From the NCBI GenBank assembly GCA_050250895.1, contig JBFWNU010000001.1, positions 416,001 to 480,000 of the forward strand: DNA of 64,000 nt, given 5' to 3'. The position numbers were made by a program, and so were the translations under genes. Source of the DNA: Vulcanimicrobiota bacterium. Its GTDB lineage: Bacteria; Vulcanimicrobiota; Xenobia; Xenobiales; JADMJV01. Within the stretch, counting starts at the first letter, position 1, and every line of letters starts with the position of its first letter. Below are positions 8,898 through 17,593 of the stretch, one piece after another. The notes beneath the pieces were generated by a model. It saw only the letters and a program-made list of their open reading frames with translations, was not told the DNA's origin and made no database searches.

Positions 8898-10103
8898 ATG
8901 CGTATCGGAGCCAATCCGGCGGGCGTCACCCCGGGCGGGGTGGCGAGCTTGCGCTCATTCGAGCGTCGCTTTCCCATCGCGCCGAAAGATGGTTTTAGCC
9001 CTAGCGCCGAGTTCGACCGCTCGATCCGTCGCGGCCAGCCCATCTTTATGGGCGAACTCGATATGGCCCACCACAGCCGACAGACCTACCGCTCCCAGTT
9101 GCTGTGGGAGTCGGTCGGCAAGGGGGTGTTCGGTGGGGCCGCCGGCCTGGCGCTGAGCAATCTCTCTCCGTGGGGAGCGGTTGCCGGTGCAATGGTGGGG
9201 GTCTACGTGGCCTGGTCTCAGAATGCCCGCACTCGGCAGGGCACGGTCGACCTCGAGGTAGACGGAGTCAAAAGCAAGACCCGGTGGTATCTCAAGCCCG
9301 ACCACTTCGAGGTGCCCAACGAAGTTCGCCAGCTCAAGGCCCTGGCTGACGGTTACGCGGGCGACCGCATCAGCGCCCACACGGGCCAGGCAGCCAGTCC
9401 CGACCCGGCCAGGCTGGCGGCCTGGAAACCTCATCGGTCCGTCCTGGCCTCGCTGGGCCAGGCCCGCCGTCTGGTGGCCGATTTCGGGCAAAAGTCCCAC
9501 TACGGCTACGCTGCCCTCAACCTGGTCGAGGCCCCACTGGCCGAGCAAATGCTGGCCGCCGGCCAGAAAGTCTACGTCGTCAACGGAGCAGAGCCCGAGG
9601 ATCAGGTGCATCACTACCGGGTCGAGTCGCGTAACGCGATGCGCTCGGTGCTGCGGCTAGAAGATCGGCAGGTCATCGAGCGCACCTTCGCGTACAAGCT
9701 GACCCCGCTCGCTGACCCCGAGCAACTGGCGGGAGTGGCCGGCGCCCACGGTCTGCCCGAGGGTATGGTGGGGGTCTACTCCGAACTCGAGAGCCTGACG
9801 CAAACGGTGGTCAGAGACAATCAACAGGGCCAGGCCATCGTGGGCGAAAATTTCCGCGACATCCGCCACCAGAACAGCAGCTTCAGCCGCGATCTGTCGC
9901 TGCCCAGGCGCGAGCCCGTGGCTCAGGTCCATACGGTTCGCGGCCTCGACTGGCGCGGTATTAGCATGATGGGCGGAGCGCTGGCCGGCATCCTGACCGG
10001 CATGAGCGTGCTGCCGGGTGTGCCGACGGCGGCGCTGGCCGGAGTGGTGGCTGGTGGAATCGCCGGCCGTGAGTTCGGTCACTGGCTCAACTTTCGCAAG
10101 TGA
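8898..10103 (+). CDS. Hypothetical membrane protein with glycine-zipper helices
   Basis: 401 aa; Gly-rich hydrophobic hairpins near both ends (GVFGGAAGLAL..., GGALAGILTG...AGVVAGGIAG). Confidence 0.7.
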   Translation: MRIGANPAGVTPGGVASLRSFERRFPIAPKDGFSPSAEFDRSIRRGQPIFMGELDMAHHSRQTYRSQLLWESVGKGVFGGAAGLALSNLSPWGAVAGAMVGVYVAWSQNARTRQGTVDLEVDGVKSKTRWYLKPDHFEVPNEVRQLKALADGYAGDRISAHTGQAASPDPARLAAWKPHRSVLASLGQARRLVADFGQKSHYGYAALNLVEAPLAEQMLAAGQKVYVVNGAEPEDQVHHYRVESRNAMRSVLRLEDRQVIERTFAYKLTPLADPEQLAGVAGAHGLPEGMVGVYSELESLTQTVVRDNQQGQAIVGENFRDIRHQNSSFSRDLSLPRREPVAQVHTVRGLDWRGISMMGGALAGILTGMSVLPGVPTAALAGVVAGGIAGREFGHWLNFRK

Positions 10104-11302
10104 GCCTCGAAGGCTTTCTCGAGCAGGCCCGCCTGGCCGGCCAAACGCATTCCGCCGGCCAGTTCACCGTCGATGTCGAACGAGCCCTTCAGAAGCTACA
10201 GGCCTATCAGCTGCCCGGCCCCGGTCACTATTTGGCCAAACTCTTTCAGGCCGCCACGCTGTGGCAAGCTCGGAAATTCGAGGTGCGCATCGGGCTACTC
10301 CGAACGGTGGCCGAGTTCGCCTGCAACTACGACGATTCGATGAACGTGGTCCGGTTGGCCGAGGCCATGACCGGACGCGGCCACTGGGTGGCCCCCGCCG
10401 CCCGCCACCTGGGCCTGGCCGTGCGGGGCGCGCTTGGCCCGAGCGGCTGGGTGCAATGGCAGGTCGGCTCGCAATCCTTACAAATCGGAGCCGGTCGCGT
10501 CCAGGTGCACCAACCAGCCCAACCGACCGCCGAACCCGTCTGCGCGCGCTTCGTGCTGGCGCGAGGCGGCCTCTTGGCCGGGCTTGCCAGCTCGGAGGAA
10601 CGCGCCGACGAACATGCGGTGGCTAGCGAGATGGGCCGCTACGCGAGCGTCGCGGTGAGCCTTGACGGCCGGTCCACCGAGCGCGGCTTCGCCTATCCCC
10701 CCAAGGTCGGAGCTGCCTGGTATCAGGACGATTCTATCCGATACCACCTGATGGAAGGCTTCCTGGCTGCCCACGCTGGCCTGCCAGACTATCACGGACC
10801 CGCCCCCACCCTGGGTCAGTTTCAGGCCGAGGGCGGCGGCATCCACCGCTCCCGTCAGGTCACGTGGGAGGACCAGGCCATCCTGGTGGGTGGCTGGCTG
10901 ACCACCCCTTTGTTTCTCTATGCCGATCCCGCCCTGCAGTATGGGACGGGCTATGGGGCCCGCTTCTGCCTACCGCTGGAACTCAGAGGCCCGGCCCGGT
11001 TGACCCTGATGCTCGACGGCGCACCGGCCCGGCCCAAGCAGGTCGAGCTGGGTTGCCCGGGCTTGCAGTGCGTGGCCTCTGGCCAGGGGTTGGCGATCGA
11101 CCTGAGCGAGTTTCAGGTCATCGAGGACGCCGCCTACGAAGCCCGCCTTAAATCCATCCGCGCGGCGGCCCGCCAATTCCTTGAGCAGGTCAACAGCCGA
11201 GCCGACCGTTACCTGCCCGCCTACACCGGCTACCGGGCAGGCAAGCTCGACCGCTTCCAGGCCCACCTCCGCTCCAAGCTGCCGGCAAGCAACGGAAGCT
11301 GA
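10100..11302 (+). CDS. Hypothetical protein with degenerate GHKL/HSP90-like N-terminal motif
   Basis: GQFTVDVERALQKLQAYQLPGPGHYLAKLFQAA; GTGA overlap; paralogue of 15759..17123. Confidence 0.65.
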   Translation: MSLEGFLEQARLAGQTHSAGQFTVDVERALQKLQAYQLPGPGHYLAKLFQAATLWQARKFEVRIGLLRTVAEFACNYDDSMNVVRLAEAMTGRGHWVAPAARHLGLAVRGALGPSGWVQWQVGSQSLQIGAGRVQVHQPAQPTAEPVCARFVLARGGLLAGLASSEERADEHAVASEMGRYASVAVSLDGRSTERGFAYPPKVGAAWYQDDSIRYHLMEGFLAAHAGLPDYHGPAPTLGQFQAEGGGIHRSRQVTWEDQAILVGGWLTTPLFLYADPALQYGTGYGARFCLPLELRGPARLTLMLDGAPARPKQVELGCPGLQCVASGQGLAIDLSEFQVIEDAAYEARLKSIRAAARQFLEQVNSRADRYLPAYTGYRAGKLDRFQAHLRSKLPASNGS

Positions 11303-11446
11303 CTTCGTCCGTAATTCCCTCGTCGCGGTTGCGTCAGACATCCCTTGCCGCCGATGCCTGCCTGGCCGCTTGACGCCGACTTCCACCTGGGCCGGGCTGG
11401 CCTTTGCCCGAAAGGCCGAAGGCTCGCCATCCGCGAAAACCTAAAG

Positions 11447-11767
11447 GTGAATGATCACGAGAGAATCGATGCCTGGTCGCTGGCGATGATGACGGAAATC
11501 GTGGCCAGGATCGATGCAGACCCTGAGCGGCGCGGCCTGGAGAAGGCTCGCGTAACGTTGCAACGCTGGCACGAGAACGGGGCCAATCGAGCCACCACCG
11601 AGTGGCTCGCTCTGCTGGAGCTGCCCTGGGACAAGCTCAGAGTTCGTCTGCTTGACGAGGGTGATGAAGGGCAACGTCTTCGTTCAAGCGCCCCATTTTG
11701 TGGTGTGCTTGACCCTCGCGAGAGGCTAGAGATCTTCCGAGAATTTCGTGCGACGCGACCAGCTTGA
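11447..11767 (+). CDS. Putative antitoxin-like partner of DUF6036 nucleotidyltransferase
   Basis: GTG 11447 in frame with ORF 11345..11767. Small helical protein ending LRSSAPFCGVLDPRER; overlaps the downstream NTase gene. Confidence 0.6.
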   Translation: MNDHERIDAWSLAMMTEIVARIDADPERRGLEKARVTLQRWHENGANRATTEWLALLELPWDKLRVRLLDEGDEGQRLRSSAPFCGVLDPRERLEIFREFRATRPA

Positions 11768-12287
11768 ACATATTCTGAGGGCCGCCGGTGCCGTGGTCGC
11801 CGAGGATGTCATGATCGTGATCGGAAGCCAGGCTATCCTGGCCTCTCATCCAGAACCTCCGGAAGAGCTTACCTTCTCCGCCGAAGCCGATCTCTATCCC
11901 CGGGACGCCCCGGAGAAGGCGGATCTCATCACCGGCTCTCTCGGTGAGTTTTCGATATTTCACGAAACATTCGGCTACCATGCCGATGGTGTCTCACCCA
12001 CCACTGCGGTGCTTCCTGCGAGCTGGCGTGACAGGCTCGTCCCTCTCTCGAACGAAAACACGCGGGGAGTGACAGGACTTTGCTTGAGTGCGGTGGACAT
12101 CGCCATCAGCAAGTTGGCTGCCGGCCGAGACAAGGATATCCGCTACCTAATCGCCCTGTTTCACCACGGACTAGTCCGCCCCGACGAAGTATCCCGCCTG
12201 ACCGGGGAACTCGGCCCGGAAGTGAGGGAACTCATCGAGGGCAGGCTAGAACTCGTCGTTCGTCTCGCCGAAAATCGTGCAACCTAA
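11748..12287 (+). CDS. DUF6036-family nucleotidyltransferase (putative toxin)
   Basis: MRRDQLEHILRAA, IVIGSQAIL, SAEADL (NTase GS..ExD/DxD), FHETFGYHADGV, SKLAAGRDKD. Confidence 0.75.
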   Translation: MRRDQLEHILRAAGAVVAEDVMIVIGSQAILASHPEPPEELTFSAEADLYPRDAPEKADLITGSLGEFSIFHETFGYHADGVSPTTAVLPASWRDRLVPLSNENTRGVTGLCLSAVDIAISKLAAGRDKDIRYLIALFHHGLVRPDEVSRLTGELGPEVRELIEGRLELVVRLAENRAT

Positions 12288-12300
12288 CCGGTGGCGAGCT

Positions 12301-12838
12301 TCGCTCTCTCCTCGCTGGCGAGCGAAGCGATGCCGCGCTCCCCTCTCCGGGCGCAGCCCGGCTCCTCTCTCACCGGCAAAGCCGGTGCTCGCAGCGGCTT
12401 GCCGCTCCAAAGTTACGACGCGAAGCGTCGAGTACCTCAAGAACTCGAGGTGAGCCAAAGCGAACCTCGCTCCCTCCTCGCTGGCGAGCGAAGCGATGCC
12501 GCGCTCCCATCTCCGGGCGAAGCCCGGCTCCCCTCTCACCGGCAAAGCCGGTGCTCCCCTCTCGCCGACAAAGTCGGCGCCGCTCCCCTCTCGCCGACAA
12601 AGTCGGCGCCGCTCCCAGCGGCTTGCCGCTCCAAAGTTACGACGCGAAGCGTCGAGTATCTCAAGAACTCGAGGTGAGCCAAAGCGAACCTCGCTCCCTC
12701 CTCGCTGGCGAGCGAAGCGATGCCAGCGCTCCCATCTCCGGGCGAAGCCCGGCTCCCCTCTCGCCGACAAAGTCGGCGCCGCTCCCCTCTCGCCGACAAA
12801 GTCGGCGCCGCTCCCCTCTCGCCGACAAAGTCGGCGCC
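12301..12838. repeat. Mosaic hairpin repeat array (REP/BIME-like): three ~166 bp units with 29 bp module expansions
   Basis: Unit starts at 12301, 12467 and 12691 (periods 166 and 224 = 166 + 2x29). The 29 bp module GCTCCCCTCTCGCCGACAAAGTCGGCGCC occurs at 12553, 12582, 12752, 12781 and 12810. Confidence 0.9.
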
Positions 12839-12921
12839 CGCCGTTCATCTTTTCTTCATCTCCCGGCAAAAAGATGGTAACGCCCCGGCATCAGCCGGTT
12901 CACATCGGCCGGCTAGGCTAG

Positions 12922-12973
12922 AAGTGGCCGGCGGCGAGAAACAAAGGCTCCACTATCGTCGCCGGCCGCTTTT
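12922..12973 (+). terminator. 16 bp stem-loop followed by a short T tract (possible terminator or leader RNA)
   Basis: AAGTGGCCGGCGGCGA (12922-12937) pairs with TCGTCGCCGGCCGCTT (12956-12971) with two G-U pairs; TTTT at 12970-12973. Confidence 0.4.
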
Positions 12974-13042
12974 CCTGAAGGAGATCGGGGGTCCAACGGA
13001 AACTCTACAGATAGCCTTAAGGAGTTGGGAATCTAGGGAATC

Positions 13043-13414
13043 ATGTCCAAGCGCGTTCTGCTCGTCGATGACGAAGACGATATCCGAGAAGTGGCTCAAG
13101 TCAGCCTGGAAATGGTGGGCGGCTGGACCATCTACACCGCCAATTGCGGCTCGATGGGTATCGAAGTCGCGGCCAAGGAAAAGCCCGACGCCATCCTGCT
13201 CGATGTGATGATGCCCGACATGGACGGGCCGACCACGTTCCAGAGGCTTCAAGAACGCGACGATACCAGGGGCATCCCGGTCATTCTGCTGACCGCCAAA
13301 GTGCAGGCCGCCGACAAGAAGCGGTTTGAAGAACTGGGCGTATCGGGGCTCATTCCCAAGCCCTTCGACCCGATGACCCTATCCGAGCAAGTCTCGGCGA
13401 CCCTGGGCTGGTAG
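13043..13414 (+). CDS. Single-domain response regulator (CheY-like)
   Basis: VLLVDDE, ILLDVMMPDMDG, ILLTAK, IPKPFD. Confidence 0.93.
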   Translation: MSKRVLLVDDEDDIREVAQVSLEMVGGWTIYTANCGSMGIEVAAKEKPDAILLDVMMPDMDGPTTFQRLQERDDTRGIPVILLTAKVQAADKKRFEELGVSGLIPKPFDPMTLSEQVSATLGW

Positions 13415-13418
13415 GGCC

Positions 13419-14216
13419 TTAGCCGGCCGCCCGGGTCTTACCGGGCTGGCTGAGCGGCTCGGGACGAGTGTCTACCTGGCCGGGGCCGCGCACGGCCACC
13501 GGTCGCTTGATGGCGATGGGGCGTTTGAGGATCACCCAGCGGAACCAGAACACGAACACGTCGCGCAGGCTGCGCAGCACGTGGCGGATTCCGCCACCTT
13601 TGGCCGTGCCCTTTTTGCGAGGATGGAACACCACCTCGACCTCACCGATGGAATAGCCGAGATAGTGAGCTTTGAGCAGCAACTCGGGGGACACGAACGA
13701 GCTACGACCCTCGATGCGAATCTGCTCGAACAGCGAGCGACGGTGAAACTGGACCGTCTGATAGGCTCGCAATTTGAGGGGGAAGAGCGTTCTGATGAGC
13801 GTCAGGTTGCCCAGGGTCAGCAGCTTCTGATAGAGGTTGTTGGCCGATAGGTCGGTGCGGCAACCGCTGACCGAATCATACTGTTTGAGGTAGGGCAGAA
13901 TCCAGGTCAGGTCCTCGGTGTCGAAAAAGGCGTCCACCGTGTTGTTGAAGACGATCTCTTTGCTGGCGTGGCGAAAGCCTACCTCGACATTGGCACCGTT
14001 GCCGACGTTCTCTTCCAGGCGCACGACTTTGATCTGCGGGTATTTTTCGGCCCACACGCTGGCCAGCTCGTGGGTGCGGTCGGTCGAGCCGTCATCGACC
14101 AGGACGATCTCCCAGTCATTGGAAACGGCCGCCAGGTCTTTCACCGACTTCTCGAAGAACTCGTCGACGAGCACCTCTTCGTTGAAGGCCGGCACGACCA
14201 TAGACAGTGAAAACAT
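13419..14216 (-). CDS. GT2 glycosyltransferase, polyprenol-phosphate sugar synthase (DPM1/GtrB)-like
   Basis: Likely start ATG 14216 after GGAGG. LSMVVPAFNEE, EIVLVDDGSTDRT, ELLLKA..GYSIGEVEV.FHPR..G. Confidence 0.88.
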   Translation of the reverse strand: MFSLSMVVPAFNEEVLVDEFFEKSVKDLAAVSNDWEIVLVDDGSTDRTHELASVWAEKYPQIKVVRLEENVGNGANVEVGFRHASKEIVFNNTVDAFFDTEDLTWILPYLKQYDSVSGCRTDLSANNLYQKLLTLGNLTLIRTLFPLKLRAYQTVQFHRRSLFEQIRIEGRSSFVSPELLLKAHYLGYSIGEVEVVFHPRKKGTAKGGGIRHVLRSLRDVFVFWFRWVILKRPIAIKRPVAVRGPGQVDTRPEPLSQPGKTRAAG

Positions 14217-14317
14217 TTCATTCCTCCGCAGACCGCCAGGCGGCCTGGTTTGTTCAAATTCTAAGCACCATAGCCCGGCGGTCATGCAATCGCCAGGCCC
14301 TATTTTTTAACAAACCG

Positions 14318-15670
14318 TCAGTCGTTCCCTGGGTTTTCCTTGAGGAAAGCCGGGTGTGTCGTTTTTCCCCGGATCTCCTTGCGCAAAACCAACGCCAGGG
14401 CGACCGCTCCCATACATTGCAGCAAGACTCCGGTCAGGGCCGTACCGATGATCCCCCCCTGGACGCAAGTCACGGGGTAGAGTAACACGGCCAGCAGAAC
14501 CTGGCAACCCGCAATCTTGCCGAGGGCGTCCGGACGCCGCAACGACAGCAAAACGGTGCCCAGAATGGTGGAAGGAATCGTGAAGAGCGTCACCACCACC
14601 ATGATCTGGAAGGTATGCACCACCGAGGGCAGCGTGAATTTCTCTCCGAAGACCACCAGGAACCGGCCGGCCAGCGACAGCCACACCAAAGCGGCCAGAG
14701 CGAGCACGCCAAAATAGGTGCCGCAACGTCGAATCAGGTCGCGAATCTGCTCGAGCGAATTGATGCGGTTGACCTTGGGCAGCAAGACCATCCCCACCGA
14801 CTCGCTGACCAGCAACAGCGCGTAGGCCAGACCCTTGGCGGCCTCGAACTGGCCCACCTGCTCGAGCGCCCCATAGCGGGTCAGCATCAACGAGTCGATG
14901 CACAGCAAAATCAGGGTGGCGGCTCGGTAGACGAACACCCCACGACCGAAGTGCATCAATTCGCCGACGTTGGCACGCCACTCGTTCAGGCTCGGTTGCA
15001 TGAGCATGCGAACCAGGACAAGGCCCACCGCTACCGACAGGCCGGGGCAAAGAAAATAGAGCCACATATAGCGGTCCATCGTCAGCAAGACCCCGTCGCG
15101 GTAGAAGAACAGAGCGAAGAACGAACTCAGGCGACCCGCGTCCATGATGATGCGCAAACCCGAAGCGGTCGAGAAGCGCTGCTGGATGTGCAGGGCCCCT
15201 TCCAGACCGTCCCAGAGGACCCACAAGAAGACTCCCACGGCGGTGATTTGCAGAAACGGACCCAGATGCGGCTTACGGAAAACGGTCTCGGCGATGGTGC
15301 TGCCCAGCAGCCAGCCGAGGCTCATGACCACCGCGCCAGCCACGACCTTGACAGCCAGACCACTGCCGATCAGGCGCTTGACCCGTTCTGGTTCTTCGTC
15401 GACCACCCGCGAGCCCAGATTGACCATCGAGTAGCGGACGCCCACATCGGCCAGGATGCTGAGCACGGTGAGCACCGCGTAGCACATGGCAAAGATGCCC
15501 AACTCGTCGGGCCCCATGCGACGCCCGATGACCACCTTGAGGATGAATCCGGTGGCGGTGGCAAAGGCCGTGCCCCCCAGCACCAGACCAAAATCCATGA
15601 GGCTGCGAAAGCTGGGCAACCTCAATCCCCGCTGGGGTGTGTTGGTGGGCGTCAGGCCGGGGTCGGTCAT
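14318..15670 (-). CDS. Wzx-like oligosaccharide flippase (MOP superfamily)
   Basis: Likely start ATG 15670. About 12 hydrophobic helices; IGRRMGPDELGIF, LADVG, GALEQVGQFEAA, VLLPKV. Confidence 0.82.
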   Translation of the reverse strand: MTDPGLTPTNTPQRGLRLPSFRSLMDFGLVLGGTAFATATGFILKVVIGRRMGPDELGIFAMCYAVLTVLSILADVGVRYSMVNLGSRVVDEEPERVKRLIGSGLAVKVVAGAVVMSLGWLLGSTIAETVFRKPHLGPFLQITAVGVFLWVLWDGLEGALHIQQRFSTASGLRIIMDAGRLSSFFALFFYRDGVLLTMDRYMWLYFLCPGLSVAVGLVLVRMLMQPSLNEWRANVGELMHFGRGVFVYRAATLILLCIDSLMLTRYGALEQVGQFEAAKGLAYALLLVSESVGMVLLPKVNRINSLEQIRDLIRRCGTYFGVLALAALVWLSLAGRFLVVFGEKFTLPSVVHTFQIMVVVTLFTIPSTILGTVLLSLRRPDALGKIAGCQVLLAVLLYPVTCVQGGIIGTALTGVLLQCMGAVALALVLRKEIRGKTTHPAFLKENPGND

Positions 15671-15758
15671 GGCCGGCACGCCTTCGGGCAGCCATCCGAG
15701 GTTCCTTTCGAACACTTGGACAGGACAAGCCCATCGCGTCTGGCGAAGGCATCCCAGC

Positions 15759-17123
15759 ATGAAGCCTGGCTGGCCCGGACGAACGAGTGACGAGCTTAGC
15801 GATTTTCTCAGGCAGCAGCACGGCGCCGGAGAACTCGAGTCCAAAGGCTTTTTCACCATCGCAGCCGAGGCGGCCATCGGCAAGTTGGCTGCCTTTGGCC
15901 TGCCCCGAGCCAGCGCCTGGATCCTCAAGATCGTGCAGGCCGCCGTGGCGGCCGGAGCTCCCCACCTGCAGATCGCCCAGCATGCCGACGTGACCCTGTT
16001 CGAGTTCGAGCCGCGCCAACCCACCTCCGGCAACGATTTGCAACAGTGGCTGGCTTCGGTGCAGCCCAGCCCTGAGCGCTGGTTGCAGCATCTCTCGGCG
16101 GGGCTTCGTTCGGTTGGATTTGCCGACCAACGAGCCTTCACGCTCTCTTGTCGCAGCCAGGGCGTCGAGACCTTGATCGGCTGGGACGGCCAGGAATTGC
16201 GCCGGCGAGACCGGCCTGACCCCAAGGTCGGGCGACTCTTACGGCTGGGGGTGAGCTTTCCGCCCGATGACCGGGGCAAGGTCTTCGGGGGAGCCTTCCG
16301 CTCCGGCACCCGCGCCGTGGAAGAATACCAGGAACTGGTCAACAATGCTTCGGCCTGCCCCATCCCCTGCCTGGTCGACGGCCGCCGCATCGACACCCTG
16401 GAGCGGCGTCAGTTGCAGGTCATCGAGTCTTCCCGCAGTCTGCTGGGGATAGGTTGGAACAGCGGGGTGGAAGGATTGCACCCGTTCGGGCCACCTCAGG
16501 GACTGCCCAAAGCCCAGTCGAGCTGGCGCCCCAGCGACCGTTTCACTGACGCTCGCCCGCTGACGCTGGTGGGCCAACCGGCACCCGCCGTCAGCCTGCT
16601 CTGGCGCCTGGACTATCACTATCGCATCGAAGGCCACCGTAGCCGAGAAAGCGACTTTCGCTTCCACAGCCTGCCCCAGGGCTCGCGCTGTTGCTGGCTA
16701 CGCGACGGGGTGGCCTGTCAGGTGGAGCGGATCGAGGCTCTCGAATCGAGCCCGATCAGCCTGACGCTGTATGTGAGCGCCGACGACCTCGAGACCGACA
16801 TCTCGGGCTTTGCCATGCGCGATGAGCGCGCGCTGAGTGGCCGCCTGAAGCGGGCTCTGCGAGCCCTGGTTCCGCAGATGGCAGAGGTCGAGGTGGCCCT
16901 GCAGGAGCACTACTCCCTGCCGTTCGGCTCCCATGTGGCCCTTTACGGAGGCATCGGCCTGGCCGTGGTGGCCGCCGTGCCCAGCCTGGGCAAATCCATG
17001 GTCGCGGCTCTGATGGGGGCCCAACTGCTGCAGTCGGCCTACGACAAGAGCCAGATCGTCAAGGCTTGCCGGTCGGCCCTCGAGGGCTTTCTGGTCAATC
17101 TGGATCGAGTGGCCCACCGATGA
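15759..17123 (+). CDS. Hypothetical protein with degenerate GHKL-like N-terminus and C-terminal TM segment
   Basis: GFFTIAAEAAIGKLAAFGLPRASAWILKIVQAA; paralogue of 10100..11302; start uncertain. Confidence 0.65.
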   Translation: MKPGWPGRTSDELSDFLRQQHGAGELESKGFFTIAAEAAIGKLAAFGLPRASAWILKIVQAAVAAGAPHLQIAQHADVTLFEFEPRQPTSGNDLQQWLASVQPSPERWLQHLSAGLRSVGFADQRAFTLSCRSQGVETLIGWDGQELRRRDRPDPKVGRLLRLGVSFPPDDRGKVFGGAFRSGTRAVEEYQELVNNASACPIPCLVDGRRIDTLERRQLQVIESSRSLLGIGWNSGVEGLHPFGPPQGLPKAQSSWRPSDRFTDARPLTLVGQPAPAVSLLWRLDYHYRIEGHRSRESDFRFHSLPQGSRCCWLRDGVACQVERIEALESSPISLTLYVSADDLETDISGFAMRDERALSGRLKRALRALVPQMAEVEVALQEHYSLPFGSHVALYGGIGLAVVAAVPSLGKSMVAALMGAQLLQSAYDKSQIVKACRSALEGFLVNLDRVAHR

Positions 17124-17593
17124 CCGTCGAGCTGATCGCCGAGCAAACCGAAGCCTACCTGCGGGCGCTGATCACCCAGGCCCACCGTCAGCACCCCGAA
17201 GCCAGGTTCACCGCGCTGGCCATCGAGATCGAGTCGAGCGGCGGCCCGGTTTATGTCTACCTGCACCACGGTGAGCACCGCCCGGTCAATTGCGAAGAGT
17301 GGAAGCTCAGCTACTTTGACCAAAAGGTCGAGGCCGGCCTGGTACCTGATTGGTGCGAGGATTTCGAGGATCTCTATACCGCCTACGCCGAGGGCGAATT
17401 CAACGACTATCCCAAGCTGCGAGCCTATCTCGAGATGGCTCTGCAGGGGGTGGCTCAAGCCCTGGCGGGCCTGGCTCGGGACGGGTTTCTCGAGAGCCGG
17501 GGCTTTGCCGACCGCCCCCATCTGGCGGTCTTCAACGAAGAGGACGCCCACCCCCAGATGGGAGTCCAGCGGGTCAAGGCCGCTCCGAAATAG
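17120..17593 (+). CDS. DUF4303-like hypothetical protein
   Basis: ATGA overlap with the upstream stop. Pattern HPEARFTALAI..NCEEW..ALAGLARDGFL resembles DUF4303. Confidence 0.5.
   Translation: MTVELIAEQTEAYLRALITQAHRQHPEARFTALAIEIESSGGPVYVYLHHGEHRPVNCEEWKLSYFDQKVEAGLVPDWCEDFEDLYTAYAEGEFNDYPKLRAYLEMALQGVAQALAGLARDGFLESRGFADRPHLAVFNEEDAHPQMGVQRVKAAPK

Noticed and set aside
12553-12838. CRISPR array (29 bp repeats)
   Set aside because: Repeats are head-to-tail with no unique spacers, and there are no cas genes in the window.
12080-12921. ORFs of 76-266 aa over the first repeat array
   Set aside because: Repetitive translations in several frames of a stop-poor GC-rich repeat; no RBS or protein-like composition.
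15671-16396. N-terminal 242 aa extension of the flippase ORF (14318..16396)
   Set aside because: Mostly antisense to the real + strand gene at 15759; composition is shadow-like.
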